DNA of 58,039 nt from a virus (lineage: Duplodnaviria; Caudoviricetes). The stretch is from positions 1 to 58,039 of the IMG/VR virus record IMGVR_UViG_3300042923_000383. One strand, written 5' to 3'. The position numbers and the translations under genes are program-made. Positions 37,789-47,685 of this stretch are shown here, in pieces. The notes under the pieces are model-generated. The model was given only the letters and a program-made list of their open reading frames with translations. It was not told where the DNA came from and did no database searches. Numbering within the stretch: position 1 is the stretch's first letter; each line of letters starts with the position of its first letter.

Positions 37789-38374
37789 TTTTTCAGAAGA
37801 ACGAGACTTGATACTGCAAAAAGTAGTTAATCGCGCATGGGTTGATGTTGATACGATAAAAGGTGAATTGTTACCTTTAAAAAAATCTTCAAGCACTAAC
37901 TCTGACGGTATAGGTTTGCCGTATAAAAATTCAGCACAGTTATTTACTAAGCGCACTCTTGGTTTTAATATGCGGATTGTTGACGGTACAAGCAAATACT
38001 TAATATCTGACCCTCAAAATTGGGGTACACATTGGCAAGCATTTCTTGCGTTAGTATTAATGGATGATTCGGTAAAAGTAACCAGAAAACAAAGCGGTGG
38101 TAAGTCTCCAAGTGGTGCTAATTTACCAGCTATTGATAAAGCAATCGTTGATTCTTTGCCTTGCTATTTAATCCCAGACAAAGGGAATATAGTTGTCGTT
38201 ACTTCTGGTCAAACATCAATAACTTACATGAAAATGTATTGTGATATGACGGATATTAAACAGAATGATATTATTGATGACTTGAACAGCGAAGTTAAAT
38301 ACAAGGTGATTAATGTTAAGCAATTAACACAAGTTGCTTATACTTATTGCTACTTACAAGGCGGTGTTATCTGA
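37772..38374 (+). CDS. putative head closure protein
   Basis: Position; DIKQND.I...YKV motif. Confidence 0.5.
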   Translation: MIFPINFSEERDLILQKVVNRAWVDVDTIKGELLPLKKSSSTNSDGIGLPYKNSAQLFTKRTLGFNMRIVDGTSKYLISDPQNWGTHWQAFLALVLMDDSVKVTRKQSGGKSPSGANLPAIDKAIVDSLPCYLIPDKGNIVVVTSGQTSITYMKMYCDMTDIKQNDIIDDLNSEVKYKVINVKQLTQVAYTYCYLQGGVI

Positions 38375-38820
38375 TGTCAGCTAAAGTCGAAGGACTTTCA
38401 AACGTCCTGCAAAACATCCGCAACATAACCCCAATTGAAGCCGCTAAAATGAATGCTAAGTTATCAATCGCTGGCAATGTATTAGAATCTGGCGTAAAGG
38501 AACATGCTTCACTTACCGACCATACGCTCAAAGATTTAGCTGATATGGGGCATCCATATTCTAAAAGATATGGTGTTGATTCGGGACCGCATTCAGATGA
38601 CATTGTTCACCGCCAATCTGGTTTACTTTTTGACAATATCGAAAAGCATGAAAACTTAAATATGATTCATTCCACTGTAGAGGTCGGAGTAGATGAAAGC
38701 AAAGTACCATACATTGGTGATTTGATTGCAGGAAATGGTAGACAACGCCCTAGAAATTTCTTAGGTGGCGCATACAAAGATAAAGTTGACGAAGTTATTG
38801 CCATTACGCAGGGCAGGTGA
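38374..38820 (+). CDS. HK97 gp10-like neck/tail completion protein
   Basis: VEGL..V, G.L..I, RPRNFL. Confidence 0.65.
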   Translation: MSAKVEGLSNVLQNIRNITPIEAAKMNAKLSIAGNVLESGVKEHASLTDHTLKDLADMGHPYSKRYGVDSGPHSDDIVHRQSGLLFDNIEKHENLNMIHSTVEVGVDESKVPYIGDLIAGNGRQRPRNFLGGAYKDKVDEVIAITQGR

Positions 38821-39284
38821 TTAATATTCCTATAAAAGCATACGACCCCATAATCGAAATATTAAGAAACCACTTACTATCAAATAGTGAGCTGGCTTCT
38901 TTTGTTACTTATACAGATAGTGATGGTAATCCAGATCAAGCTATTTACCCATCATATATGGATGAGGTAGAAAATCCGGTTTATCCGTCAATTACAATTT
39001 GTATGGATAATGGTAAAACATTAAAAAACCGCACTGGCTATGAGGAAAAATGGTACTACATACATGGATGGTCAAAAAATAGTCCTGACGAAGTTGCATA
39101 TTTAAAAAACTTAGTTATTGATATATTGGATTACGACCCAATACGAGGTAATAAAGTACCAGAATTTGCAATGATTCGCAATGTATCGCCCACTAAATGC
39201 CCTCTATATGACGGTACGGTAAGAACACACTATATGATAACATCTTGGTTAATACACGCCAAGAAATCACTTATAAACACTTAA
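38817..39284 (+). CDS. putative tail terminator
   Basis: Position; YPSITI. Confidence 0.55.
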   Translation: MINIPIKAYDPIIEILRNHLLSNSELASFVTYTDSDGNPDQAIYPSYMDEVENPVYPSITICMDNGKTLKNRTGYEEKWYYIHGWSKNSPDEVAYLKNLVIDILDYDPIRGNKVPEFAMIRNVSPTKCPLYDGTVRTHYMITSWLIHAKKSLINT

Positions 39285-39346
39285 TTAGCTCGAATTCGAG
39301 AAAATTAGGTGTTTTTTTTATTTCCAAAAATAAAGGAGGAATTAAT

Positions 39347-40417
39347 TTGTATGAATTTGGTATAGGTTCAATGTTTGCAGTTCAAAATGATGGGACAAGC
39401 ATTGAATTTGGAACATTACAAAATAGTACGTTTGGGTTTAGTTTTGATAAAAAGGAACTCTACGGACGTAAACAAATGCCTGTACATGTAGCACGTGGCA
39501 AAGGTAAGGCAGAAGGTAAAGCGGAATGGGCTGATATTAAAGCGTCTTCTGTTAATTTAATTTTAAATGGTACTGAAACTACTGGACAACGTATCGTTGC
39601 CGAACCGATTAATGCGGTAGTGCCAGATAGTTCACCATATACCGTTACAATTGGGACTATTCCTAATAGCGGTACTTTTAATGCATTACGTGTTGTATAT
39701 GATGTAAGTGGCGATACTAAAAAGCCTATGACCTTAGTAACTGGAACTCCTTTAACTGGTCAATATGCTTTTGCAACTGTAGCGGCTGTAGCAGGAGCTA
39801 GAACGTATACTGTAACAACTAATTTTGTTGCTGACGATACCATTGCGGTTGGCGGTGTAACTTTAACAGCTAAAACAAGTGGCGCAACTGGATTACAGTT
39901 TAATATTGGTGCAACAATCGCCGATTCAGTTACTAACATCCAAACGATATTAGATGCAAATTCAACGGTAAACGCCATTTATACAGTAACTAAGCTTAGC
40001 GATACTTTTACGTTAACGGAAACAGTAGCAGGTGTAGGCAATACCCCAAGTACGGCTATTGTCGTAGGTACTGGTGTTGTATCTAGTGGCACAGCAACTA
40101 CTAGCACTGCATCAACTAAGACTTTGACTTTTGCAGTGGCTGATATTAATAAAAAAGTACAATATCAGTATGATTATAACGTAACCACTGGTAAAACAAT
40201 CACACTTACTAATAATATGATGGGTACTGCACCAACTTTCGAAGTTGAACTTTATACAGTACTTGACGGTCATAATATTACGCTTGTGTTGAATAAATGT
40301 ACGACCGACAAATTAGACCTAAACTTCAAAAACGAAGATTATTTAATCCCATCGTTTAGCTTTAGTGCTATGTCTGATAGTTCCGACGTTATAGGAATGC
40401 TTTATCTCGACGAATGA
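39347..40417 (+). CDS. major tail tube protein with internal Thr-rich insertion
   Basis: AAGGAGG SD + TTG; FG.LQ..KELYG..P..VARGK N-terminus, NNMMG.APTF C-terminus. Confidence 0.75.
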   Translation: MYEFGIGSMFAVQNDGTSIEFGTLQNSTFGFSFDKKELYGRKQMPVHVARGKGKAEGKAEWADIKASSVNLILNGTETTGQRIVAEPINAVVPDSSPYTVTIGTIPNSGTFNALRVVYDVSGDTKKPMTLVTGTPLTGQYAFATVAAVAGARTYTVTTNFVADDTIAVGGVTLTAKTSGATGLQFNIGATIADSVTNIQTILDANSTVNAIYTVTKLSDTFTLTETVAGVGNTPSTAIVVGTGVVSSGTATTSTASTKTLTFAVADINKKVQYQYDYNVTTGKTITLTNNMMGTAPTFEVELYTVLDGHNITLVLNKCTTDKLDLNFKNEDYLIPSFSFSAMSDSSDVIGMLYLDE

Positions 40418-40448
40418 CAACAATACACTATTTAGTTAAATAAACTCT

Positions 40449-40475
40449 AAGCCCTGCCTTAATTGGTGGGGCTTT
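40449..40475 (+). terminator. terminator-like hairpin
   Basis: AAGCCCTGCC/GGTGGGGCTT. Confidence 0.55.
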
Positions 40476-40505
40476 ATTAATTTGAAAATAAGGGAGATTT
40501 TACAC

Positions 40506-40916
40506 ATGGAAACTCTTAAATATAAAGGGCAAGAAGTAGAATTTGGCGATAAAAAATATGTAATGCCAGACTTACCATATGTAGCATATGAAGAATTTGA
40601 TGCATTTGAAAAAATTGCAAAGACAGTAATGTCCGTGGCTGAAATGGAAAGCGCTCCATTTTTAAAACCACTTAAAAAAGAAGTGTTTGCGAATATAAGA
40701 GAATTGTTGTACTTAGCAATTCGCCGTAACTATCCAGAATTAACCGAAGAAGAATTTAAAGATCAAATTAATCCCGGTAATGGACTTGCCGCTTTTAAGA
40801 AACTTGTTGACCGAGAAATAGAAATCCAAGGAATTATTAAACAGGTGACTGAAAAAAACGAGGAAACGCAGACGGAACAAGCAGACAAGAAGAAGAACCA
40901 GACCATCCAGAAATAA
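40506..40916 (+). CDS. tail assembly chaperone (gpG-like)
   Basis: Between tail tube and tape measure; AIRRNYPE; slippery site near 3' end. Confidence 0.8.
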   Translation: METLKYKGQEVEFGDKKYVMPDLPYVAYEEFDAFEKIAKTVMSVAEMESAPFLKPLKKEVFANIRELLYLAIRRNYPELTEEEFKDQINPGNGLAAFKKLVDREIEIQGIIKQVTEKNEETQTEQADKKKNQTIQK

Positions 40917-41272
40917 AAAAAATAAAACTTTTTGCTGAACTATCTGCGAACTTTGGATATACAAGAGATTACGTTAAATGGGAAATGTCTATCGTTGATG
41001 TTTATGGTTGTATTGACTATTTAGCCGACAATCCTCCTGCTGGTAAAATGCTAAAGCTATTCATGGAAGCACTTGGCAGTAGTGACGAAAAAAAATCTGT
41101 TAAGCAAACGAAAAAACCAACATTTAAAACCGAAGAAGAACGGCTGATGTGGGAAAAGAAACAACTTCGCAATTTAGTTTCTGACTTTGGTTGCGATTTA
41201 AGCAATCTTCCTAAGAAGCCAAAAAGAAAGATGGCTGACCTTTCTAAATTAGCTAAGAAAGGAGGTATATAA
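40853..41272 (+). CDS. -1 frame extension of the tail chaperone (gpGT-like)
   Basis: A AAA AAC at 40853-40859; the -1 frame is closed by TGA at 40850 and open from 40853 through the 40985 ORF. Confidence 0.85.
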   Translation, partial: KKRGNADGTSRQEEEPDHPEIKKIKLFAELSANFGYTRDYVKWEMSIVDVYGCIDYLADNPPAGKMLKLFMEALGSSDEKKSVKQTKKPTFKTEEERLMWEKKQLRNLVSDFGCDLSNLPKKPKRKMADLSKLAKKGGI

Positions 41273-43320
41273 TGGCTGATAATACAAACCTTGGCGAATA
41301 TCGTGTAGTCGTCTCGGCTGATTTTGCGGGTTTAATTTCATCAATAAATAGTATTACGAATTCAGTCCAACAATCTGCTGACAAAATAGCCGCAACTATG
41401 AATACTATGACCGAAACGTCTACAAAAGGCTATAGCGGTATTGTTGCTAGTATGAAATCAATGGTTGACCAATCAAACCAATTGGCTGCTGTAAGTAATG
41501 CTACGAGCAATACAGGCAAATCTGCTGACGAAGCAAAAGAAAAGTATAAGTCATTACAAGCACAAGTAACGTTAGCTGCAAAAGAAGCAGATAAAGCTTG
41601 GCAGGGTGGCACTGGATTTACAGAAGCTAAAGGTAATTTTAACGATGCATTAAATTCTCTTGTTTCTTTTAAAAAGGAGCTAGGAACTCTTTCTGTAGGT
41701 TCGGAAAAAGGAATTTATTCTGGTTTAGCACGTGGAGTAGATGAAGGTAGCGCATCATTTAAGGTATTGACCGATAGAATTAAAGAACTAAATGCAGAAC
41801 AACAACGGTTTAAAGAATCGACAACAATACCGAAAGTATCTAATGCGCCAACCACTGTTAGTGATGTTTCACCAGATCGTGAAAGAGCATTACAGGAAGA
41901 ACAAAAGTTACGCCGTGCTATAGATCAACAACAACTTAAATCATATAACGACTATATTTCCGCAGAACAAAAATTACAAAATTCTATGACAGAACGAGAA
42001 CGTTCGACAGAATTAGCCAACACAAAAGCGTATGAAGCAAATGCGGTTCAACGTGAGAAAGCTTTACAGCAAGAGCAAAAAATCCGCATGGCTATTGACA
42101 ATATGCAACAAAAAAGCTATGCGAAATATCTTACTGACGAGCAAAAACTACAGTCGTTAATGACAAACCGTGAACGTGTTACTGAACTGTCTCAATCTAA
42201 ACAATATGAAAGTTATGTTGCAACTAAAACCAAACAATTTCAACAGGAACAAGCTGAAATTCAGCGGCTTAATACATCATATGATAATCTTTATCGCCGT
42301 GTAGCTAGTTATGTTGATACTAATACAAAACTTTCAGCACAATCATTCACAAAAATGAAGTCCGATATGGATACGGTTACTGCTCAAATGGGAGCAAAAG
42401 GGGCAACACCTACTAAGGCAAGCCCGCTTTCTGGATTTTCTAATTATGGTGAATATGTTGCTGGTTTTGAAAACATTGATAAGTCAATTAAAAAAGCTAG
42501 TAATAGCGCACAATCATTTACTAATATTCTAGAAAAAATGAAAAGCCATGTATCGTGGATGGCAACCGCTGGACTTGTTGGTGCTGCTATTGCTATTCCA
42601 ATGGAATCAGTAAGAGTTATAGCCGATATTGAACAGCAAATGGCTGGTATGATACAAACTTTACCCCAACTACATAATAATCAATCTGCTGTAAATGATG
42701 TTTCTAGGCAATTTATTGGCATAGCACAGCAATATGGTATGGAAGTAGATAAGATTATTGAAGCTGGAAAATTATGGTCGAGAGGATACAAAGAAATCGG
42801 AGATGTAATGTCTCTTACTGGATTATCTGCAAAATTGGCGATCGCTGATATGATGGATGTAACACTAGCAAACAGAGCTGTAGAATCAATTATCAATTCA
42901 TACGGCAAGCAATCTGATGCAGTTAGTTTCGCTACTCATACCGTTGATTCATTTACCAACGTTGCACATAATGCACAATCAAGCGCAACCGATTTAGCCG
43001 AAGCATTAATGCGTAGTGGTGCTGCTGCTCATGTTGTCGGTGTATCTTTTGATACTACTACAGCTTTAGCAAGTACAATGATTAAGACTACAGGGCAAAG
43101 TGGTTCTATTGTTGGTAATGCTTTAAAATCTATTTTTTCTAGCATTCATTCTGATAAATCAATTCAAGATTTACAAAACCTTGGGATAGCTGTATATGAC
43201 TTTGATAAAAGCGGTACTGCTCATTTTAGGGATGTTTCGAGCGTTATCACTGATTTAATGCTAACCGTACATGAGACAAGCCAAGATATGCAACAAGATT
43301 TAGAACATATAGCTGGCGGT
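41272..43320 (+). CDS. tail tape measure protein, exon 1
   Basis: TP901-type core (DLAEAL.RSG..A...G, G.SGS.VGNALKSIFS); 683 codons ending IAGG. Confidence 0.9.
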
Positions 43321-43437
43321 AGACCTAAACTTGCCGCCTAGTACAGCGATGTACTACAAGAACAGGGTTTTATAACGGTTAAAAGCCTGAGGAGGTCAAG
43401 ACCGTGGGAAATTATTATGCAAAATCAACCTTAAATA

Positions 43438-43503
43438 TGATATAATATTGATATAGGCTAGACCGACGGGTCGAAAAGAGGTGCTCTCACCTCCTGCCTA
43501 TAT
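43438..43503 (+). promoter_or_regulatory. intron-internal promoter and structured leader of the endonuclease gene
   Basis: TGATATAAT extended -10; ATATAGGC/GCCTATAT stem enclosing two hairpins. Confidence 0.6.
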
Positions 43504-43538
43504 TATTATTGAGAGTATCATTGGAGAGGATGATAAAT

Positions 43539-44390
43539 ATGGCACAAAAGATTTGTCCTACTTGTGGAGTTGTCTTTGAAAGAAAGTACAATAGACAAGT
43601 ATACTGTTCTATTGATTGCAAACCTAAAAAACGTTTAATTATTGGAGATAAAAAATGTTTAGTTTGCGGTAAAGAATTTGAAATAGCTTCTTCTAATCCA
43701 GATAAAAAGTTTTGTGGATTAGAATGCCGAAGAAATGGCAGACCATATAAAAAGACTTGCATTATATGTGAGAAAGTTTTTATGGCTAATAATTCTTTAG
43801 CGCAGTATTGTTCAAAGGATTGCAGTCGTTATAATCCAAAAGATATTAAGTTCTGTAAATATTGCGGTAATAAATTTTATAACCGGAAAGATAAGGATAC
43901 TGAATATTGCAGTTTGGATTGTAGGAATCACGATGCAACAGTAGAAACAGAAATAGGGCATTGCCAATATTGTGGTAAAGAAATGAAAATTTATCCCCAT
44001 CACAAAACACATCATAGAGGTAAATACTGTAGTGTAAAATGCCAAATTATTGGCGGTTCAAGCAATACTGATATTGAATTAATGGTTAAAGAATGGCTAG
44101 ACCTTCATAATGTTAAATATATTTTTCAATATAATTTTGGTAAATATTATCCAGACTTTTATATTGTTGATGCAAATATATTCCTTGAGGTACAAGGAGA
44201 TTATTGGCACGGTAATCCAGAAATATATAAACTAGAAGATTTAAATAGCCAACAGATTGACCACATGAACCGAGATAAAAGAAAGTTTGGATACTACAAA
44301 AAATACCGAATGAAGTTTTACGAATTATGGGGGAAAGATATAAAGAATGATTTAAATTCTTTAATGACTACAATTAAAGAACTTGCATAA
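43539..44390 (+). CDS. intron-encoded homing endonuclease: tandem CxxC Zn fingers + Vsr/DUF559-like nuclease
   Basis: Five C..C-X11-15-(Y/F)C...C units; E..PDF..EVQGDYWHG..D; GGAGAGG SD. Confidence 0.85.
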   Translation: MAQKICPTCGVVFERKYNRQVYCSIDCKPKKRLIIGDKKCLVCGKEFEIASSNPDKKFCGLECRRNGRPYKKTCIICEKVFMANNSLAQYCSKDCSRYNPKDIKFCKYCGNKFYNRKDKDTEYCSLDCRNHDATVETEIGHCQYCGKEMKIYPHHKTHHRGKYCSVKCQIIGGSSNTDIELMVKEWLDLHNVKYIFQYNFGKYYPDFYIVDANIFLEVQGDYWHGNPEIYKLEDLNSQQIDHMNRDKRKFGYYKKYRMKFYELWGKDIKNDLNSLMTTIKELA

Positions 44391-44536
44391 TAAACCCCGA
44401 GAGACTGACATAACCCCCTCTCACGTAGAGGAAGATACAGTCCGAACTATCGCATAACCTAATAATAAACGATAGAGCACGGCAGAAATGACCGTGCCTT
44501 TTCTATGCCCAAAAACATAGAAAAAGTAACAATATG

Positions 44537-47500
44537 AAGTTCCAATGGGGTCGTGCCGCTGCCATGTTCGGTTCATATGCTGACTTTATTAAATCATACA
44601 ATCTATCTATTAATTCTGGCGGTATGGCTGAGACACAAGTCGCAGCACAACTTGATACAATCAACCGTAAAATAGAACAAGTTAAGGCTAGCATGGAAGG
44701 TCTTTTAGTCAATACAGGCAATTCTGGTTTAGCTACAGGTATTAAAGGAATGCTTGATGTTATAAACGACTTCTTGAAAGGGTTACAAAAAATACCTGCT
44801 AGTGCTTATCAGATTGCAGGAGTTACCGCGATTGCTGGCACAGGTTTCTTAGTTTTATCTAAAACATTATCTTTTTTAAATGCTGGATTGATTGGATTAA
44901 GCACAGCATTAAAAACCACCGCAGTAGTCGAAACCGAAGGAACAGTTGCTAGTGGTGTAAAAAGCGCAGCTTTAGGCGTAGAAACAGTAGCTACTAATGC
45001 AGCCACTACAGCTACTGGTAGATTAGGTATAGCTGCAACCGTTGCAACAGGCGGATTAAACTTAATAATAGGTGCTTTAATTGCCGCCGCTGCTGGTGGT
45101 GCTGTATACGCTACAGCATTAGGTTCGTCTGATACTGCAGCAGAAAATACTATACAAAAGAATAACGATTTAATTGCCGCTAAAAAACAAGAAATTGAAA
45201 TGAACCAAAAGCAAGTTGAATTCATTGGTACTCTTGGACAATCATATATTAAGCTTCAACAAAATTTAAAAGATGTCGGTAACGATGAATCTAAAGCGAC
45301 TCAAATCAAAAAAGATTTAGGCGCAACGGAAGATGAGCTCGCAAAAATTGTAGGACAAGATGGGCTTGAAAGGATTACAACATCTGACAATATCCAAGAA
45401 TCTATTAAATTAGAACAAGAAGCTCATAGTAAAAAAAGTTCTTCAATTCAAGGGGAAATAAAAGATCTTATAAATCAACAAGTACAATATACTAACAACC
45501 AAATTCAATTAACACAAGATAGAATAGATGCTTTAAAATCAGAAACATCCGCATGGGGTTTATTAGCGCAAGCACAACAATTAGCTATGAATACATACGC
45601 TGGTTTTGTACAAGGCGAGATTGATTTTAATAATGCTGCATCAAATATTGTCGGTAAAGATAACTATCAAGCGTTGGTCGGAAAAGCTAGCGATAACGAA
45701 GCATTACAAGCGGAGTTAGATAGATTAGCTAAATGGAAACCTTCTTCCGTAACAGAGGAAATAGATGCTTTAACGCAAAAAATGACTGATTTAAAGATGC
45801 AAGCTAATAAAACGGAATTATCTGGATATGGTTCTGGAAGCGAAAATAGAATCGGCGGTAACGAAACTACACCATACGAACCTAAAGGCAAAAAAGGTCG
45901 CAAAGAAGGTACAGGAGAAACCGCATACCAACAAGCTAAAAAAGCATATGAAGAAGCTGTTGCAGCGGCTAAATACCAATCAGAAGCAGTAGATGGCAAG
46001 AAGTTTACTTCAAACGATCAATTATATCTATATAGTTCCATGCTTGGCGATGTTCCTAAAACAGACAATAAAAATCACCAAGAAACGTTAGACTTCCAAA
46101 AAGGTCAATATGAGTTGATGACCAAAAAACAAAAGGAACAATTAGATTTACAAAAAGCGCAACTTGAAACAGCTATTGCAGAAGAAAAAATTACTAAACG
46201 TGATGCTTTTGATAAAGAAATTGAAATGCTTACTACTATTCGCGATAAAGCACTTCTTAACTCTACAGAACGCGAACAAGCTGAACAAAATCTTTACAAA
46301 AAGATCAAAGAGCGTAATGATTACGAAATGTCAATCGCTAAAAAACGAGCCGAAATAAACAAGCAATACATTACTGATATTCAAGCATTGATTGACAAGC
46401 AGATTGAGTATAACGAAAAAGTAGGACTTATTAGTAAATCACAGGCAATTGCTTACAAAGTTCAGCAAAATGAGTCTACTTACAGTCAAAAGAGTGCTGA
46501 AAATGAAAAAGCTATAGGTGGGATGGTTAACCCTAAAGAGGGCAATGCTGATGATATGATTGCCGCCTATCGTGCTTACATTAATGCAAAAACAGATTTA
46601 GATCGTGCTGATACTGAAAAGCAAATAGAAGAATTATCAAAAGATTTTATCAAAACACAAGAATTCTTGGCTAAAGGCGAACAGATACAAGCTGAATACG
46701 AAAAGAAAAAGCGGGACTTAAGTCAAGAAACTTTTGAGTATGTTAATCGTTATGAAATTGCGGCATTGACATCTTATAAGTCTGGACTTGAACAATCTCT
46801 AAATGGGATATTGAATAAAACAATGTCTTGGGCGCAAGCGATGAAAAATATTTTTAGTAGCATGTGGAAAGGTGTAGCTAGTCAATTTTCTACTGATTTT
46901 ACGCAAAAGATGACTAAAAACTTAACTCAGCTTGTTTATGGTAAAAAAGATACAAAAGACAACAAGCAAGGTTCTGGCGCAAAAAATAATCAAGTAGCAC
47001 AAGAAAAAGCAGTACAGAACCAGCTTACTTCCGTTGTTCAACAAGGCGTAACGCAACGAGCATCTTTAAAAACTACTCAAAATGCTACTGAAATTGCAAC
47101 AGACCAAGTTAAAAACACAACAGAAATTACAGCAAATGCTACTAAAAATGCCGCAGTGACAGCTAGTGACCAAGAAGCAAATGCAAATGCAGTCAAAGGG
47201 ACTCAATTAGCAATGATGCAAATGCTTGAAATGATGGCGATAATGTGGGCGATATCAGCATTGTTTGGCGGTGGCGGTTCTTCTACTTCTGAAAGTACAA
47301 GCTCTGTAAGCCTTGGAAGAAGTCCGAATAGCTACTATCAAACTCCTACCCCTGTATCGCAAATTACCGTTCCTAGTTTTGATATAGGGGCGCAACAATT
47401 ACCAGAAGATACATTGGCTATGGTTCACAAAAATGAAATGATTTTAACACCAGACCTAGCGGATAATATTCGTAGTCTTGGTAGTGGTAATTCTAGTAGT

Positions 47501-47656
47501 GGCAATAGTCGTACGCGTACAGGAAATACAACATTTAATGTAAATGCTTCTGCTATTGATGGTCGAGGCATGAAGCATGCCTTAAATAATTCAAGTCGCG
47601 ATATGGCAACAGTAATAAATAAAGAATATAGAAATTTTAACCGTCCTAATAAATAG
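44537..47656 (+). CDS. tail tape measure protein, exon 2
   Basis: Continues KFQWGRAAAMF; helical; C-terminal SFDIG..P.D.LAMVHKNEMIL; spliced product 1722 aa. Confidence 0.9.
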   Translation, partial: KFQWGRAAAMFGSYADFIKSYNLSINSGGMAETQVAAQLDTINRKIEQVKASMEGLLVNTGNSGLATGIKGMLDVINDFLKGLQKIPASAYQIAGVTAIAGTGFLVLSKTLSFLNAGLIGLSTALKTTAVVETEGTVASGVKSAALGVETVATNAATTATGRLGIAATVATGGLNLIIGALIAAAAGGAVYATALGSSDTAAENTIQKNNDLIAAKKQEIEMNQKQVEFIGTLGQSYIKLQQNLKDVGNDESKATQIKKDLGATEDELAKIVGQDGLERITTSDNIQESIKLEQEAHSKKSSSIQGEIKDLINQQVQYTNNQIQLTQDRIDALKSETSAWGLLAQAQQLAMNTYAGFVQGEIDFNNAASNIVGKDNYQALVGKASDNEALQAELDRLAKWKPSSVTEEIDALTQKMTDLKMQANKTELSGYGSGSENRIGGNETTPYEPKGKKGRKEGTGETAYQQAKKAYEEAVAAAKYQSEAVDGKKFTSNDQLYLYSSMLGDVPKTDNKNHQETLDFQKGQYELMTKKQKEQLDLQKAQLETAIAEEKITKRDAFDKEIEMLTTIRDKALLNSTEREQAEQNLYKKIKERNDYEMSIAKKRAEINKQYITDIQALIDKQIEYNEKVGLISKSQAIAYKVQQNESTYSQKSAENEKAIGGMVNPKEGNADDMIAAYRAYINAKTDLDRADTEKQIEELSKDFIKTQEFLAKGEQIQAEYEKKKRDLSQETFEYVNRYEIAALTSYKSGLEQSLNGILNKTMSWAQAMKNIFSSMWKGVASQFSTDFTQKMTKNLTQLVYGKKDTKDNKQGSGAKNNQVAQEKAVQNQLTSVVQQGVTQRASLKTTQNATEIATDQVKNTTEITANATKNAAVTASDQEANANAVKGTQLAMMQMLEMMAIMWAISALFGGGGSSTSESTSSVSLGRSPNSYYQTPTPVSQITVPSFDIGAQQLPEDTLAMVHKNEMILTPDLADNIRSLGSGNSSSGNSRTRTGNTTFNVNASAIDGRGMKHALNNSSRDMATVINKEYRNFNRPNK

Positions 47657-47685
47657 GGCGGTTTTCCCTTTTAAGGGGGTTAATT

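Larger units (their letters stand above)
43321..44536 (+). mobile_element. group I intron (1216 nt) with homing endonuclease
   Basis: Exon ends in U, intron ends in G; P1 GGCGGT/GCCGCC with U.G; P10 AACTT/AAGTT; P2, P3, P4; R GAGACTG and S AAGATACAGTCC; splicing restores frame. Confidence 0.95.

Noticed and set aside
41272-47656. Two separate tail genes, a pseudogenised TMP, or an intein
   Set aside because: A full set of group I pairings and exact frame restoration explain the break; the in-frame stop and lack of intein motifs exclude an intein.
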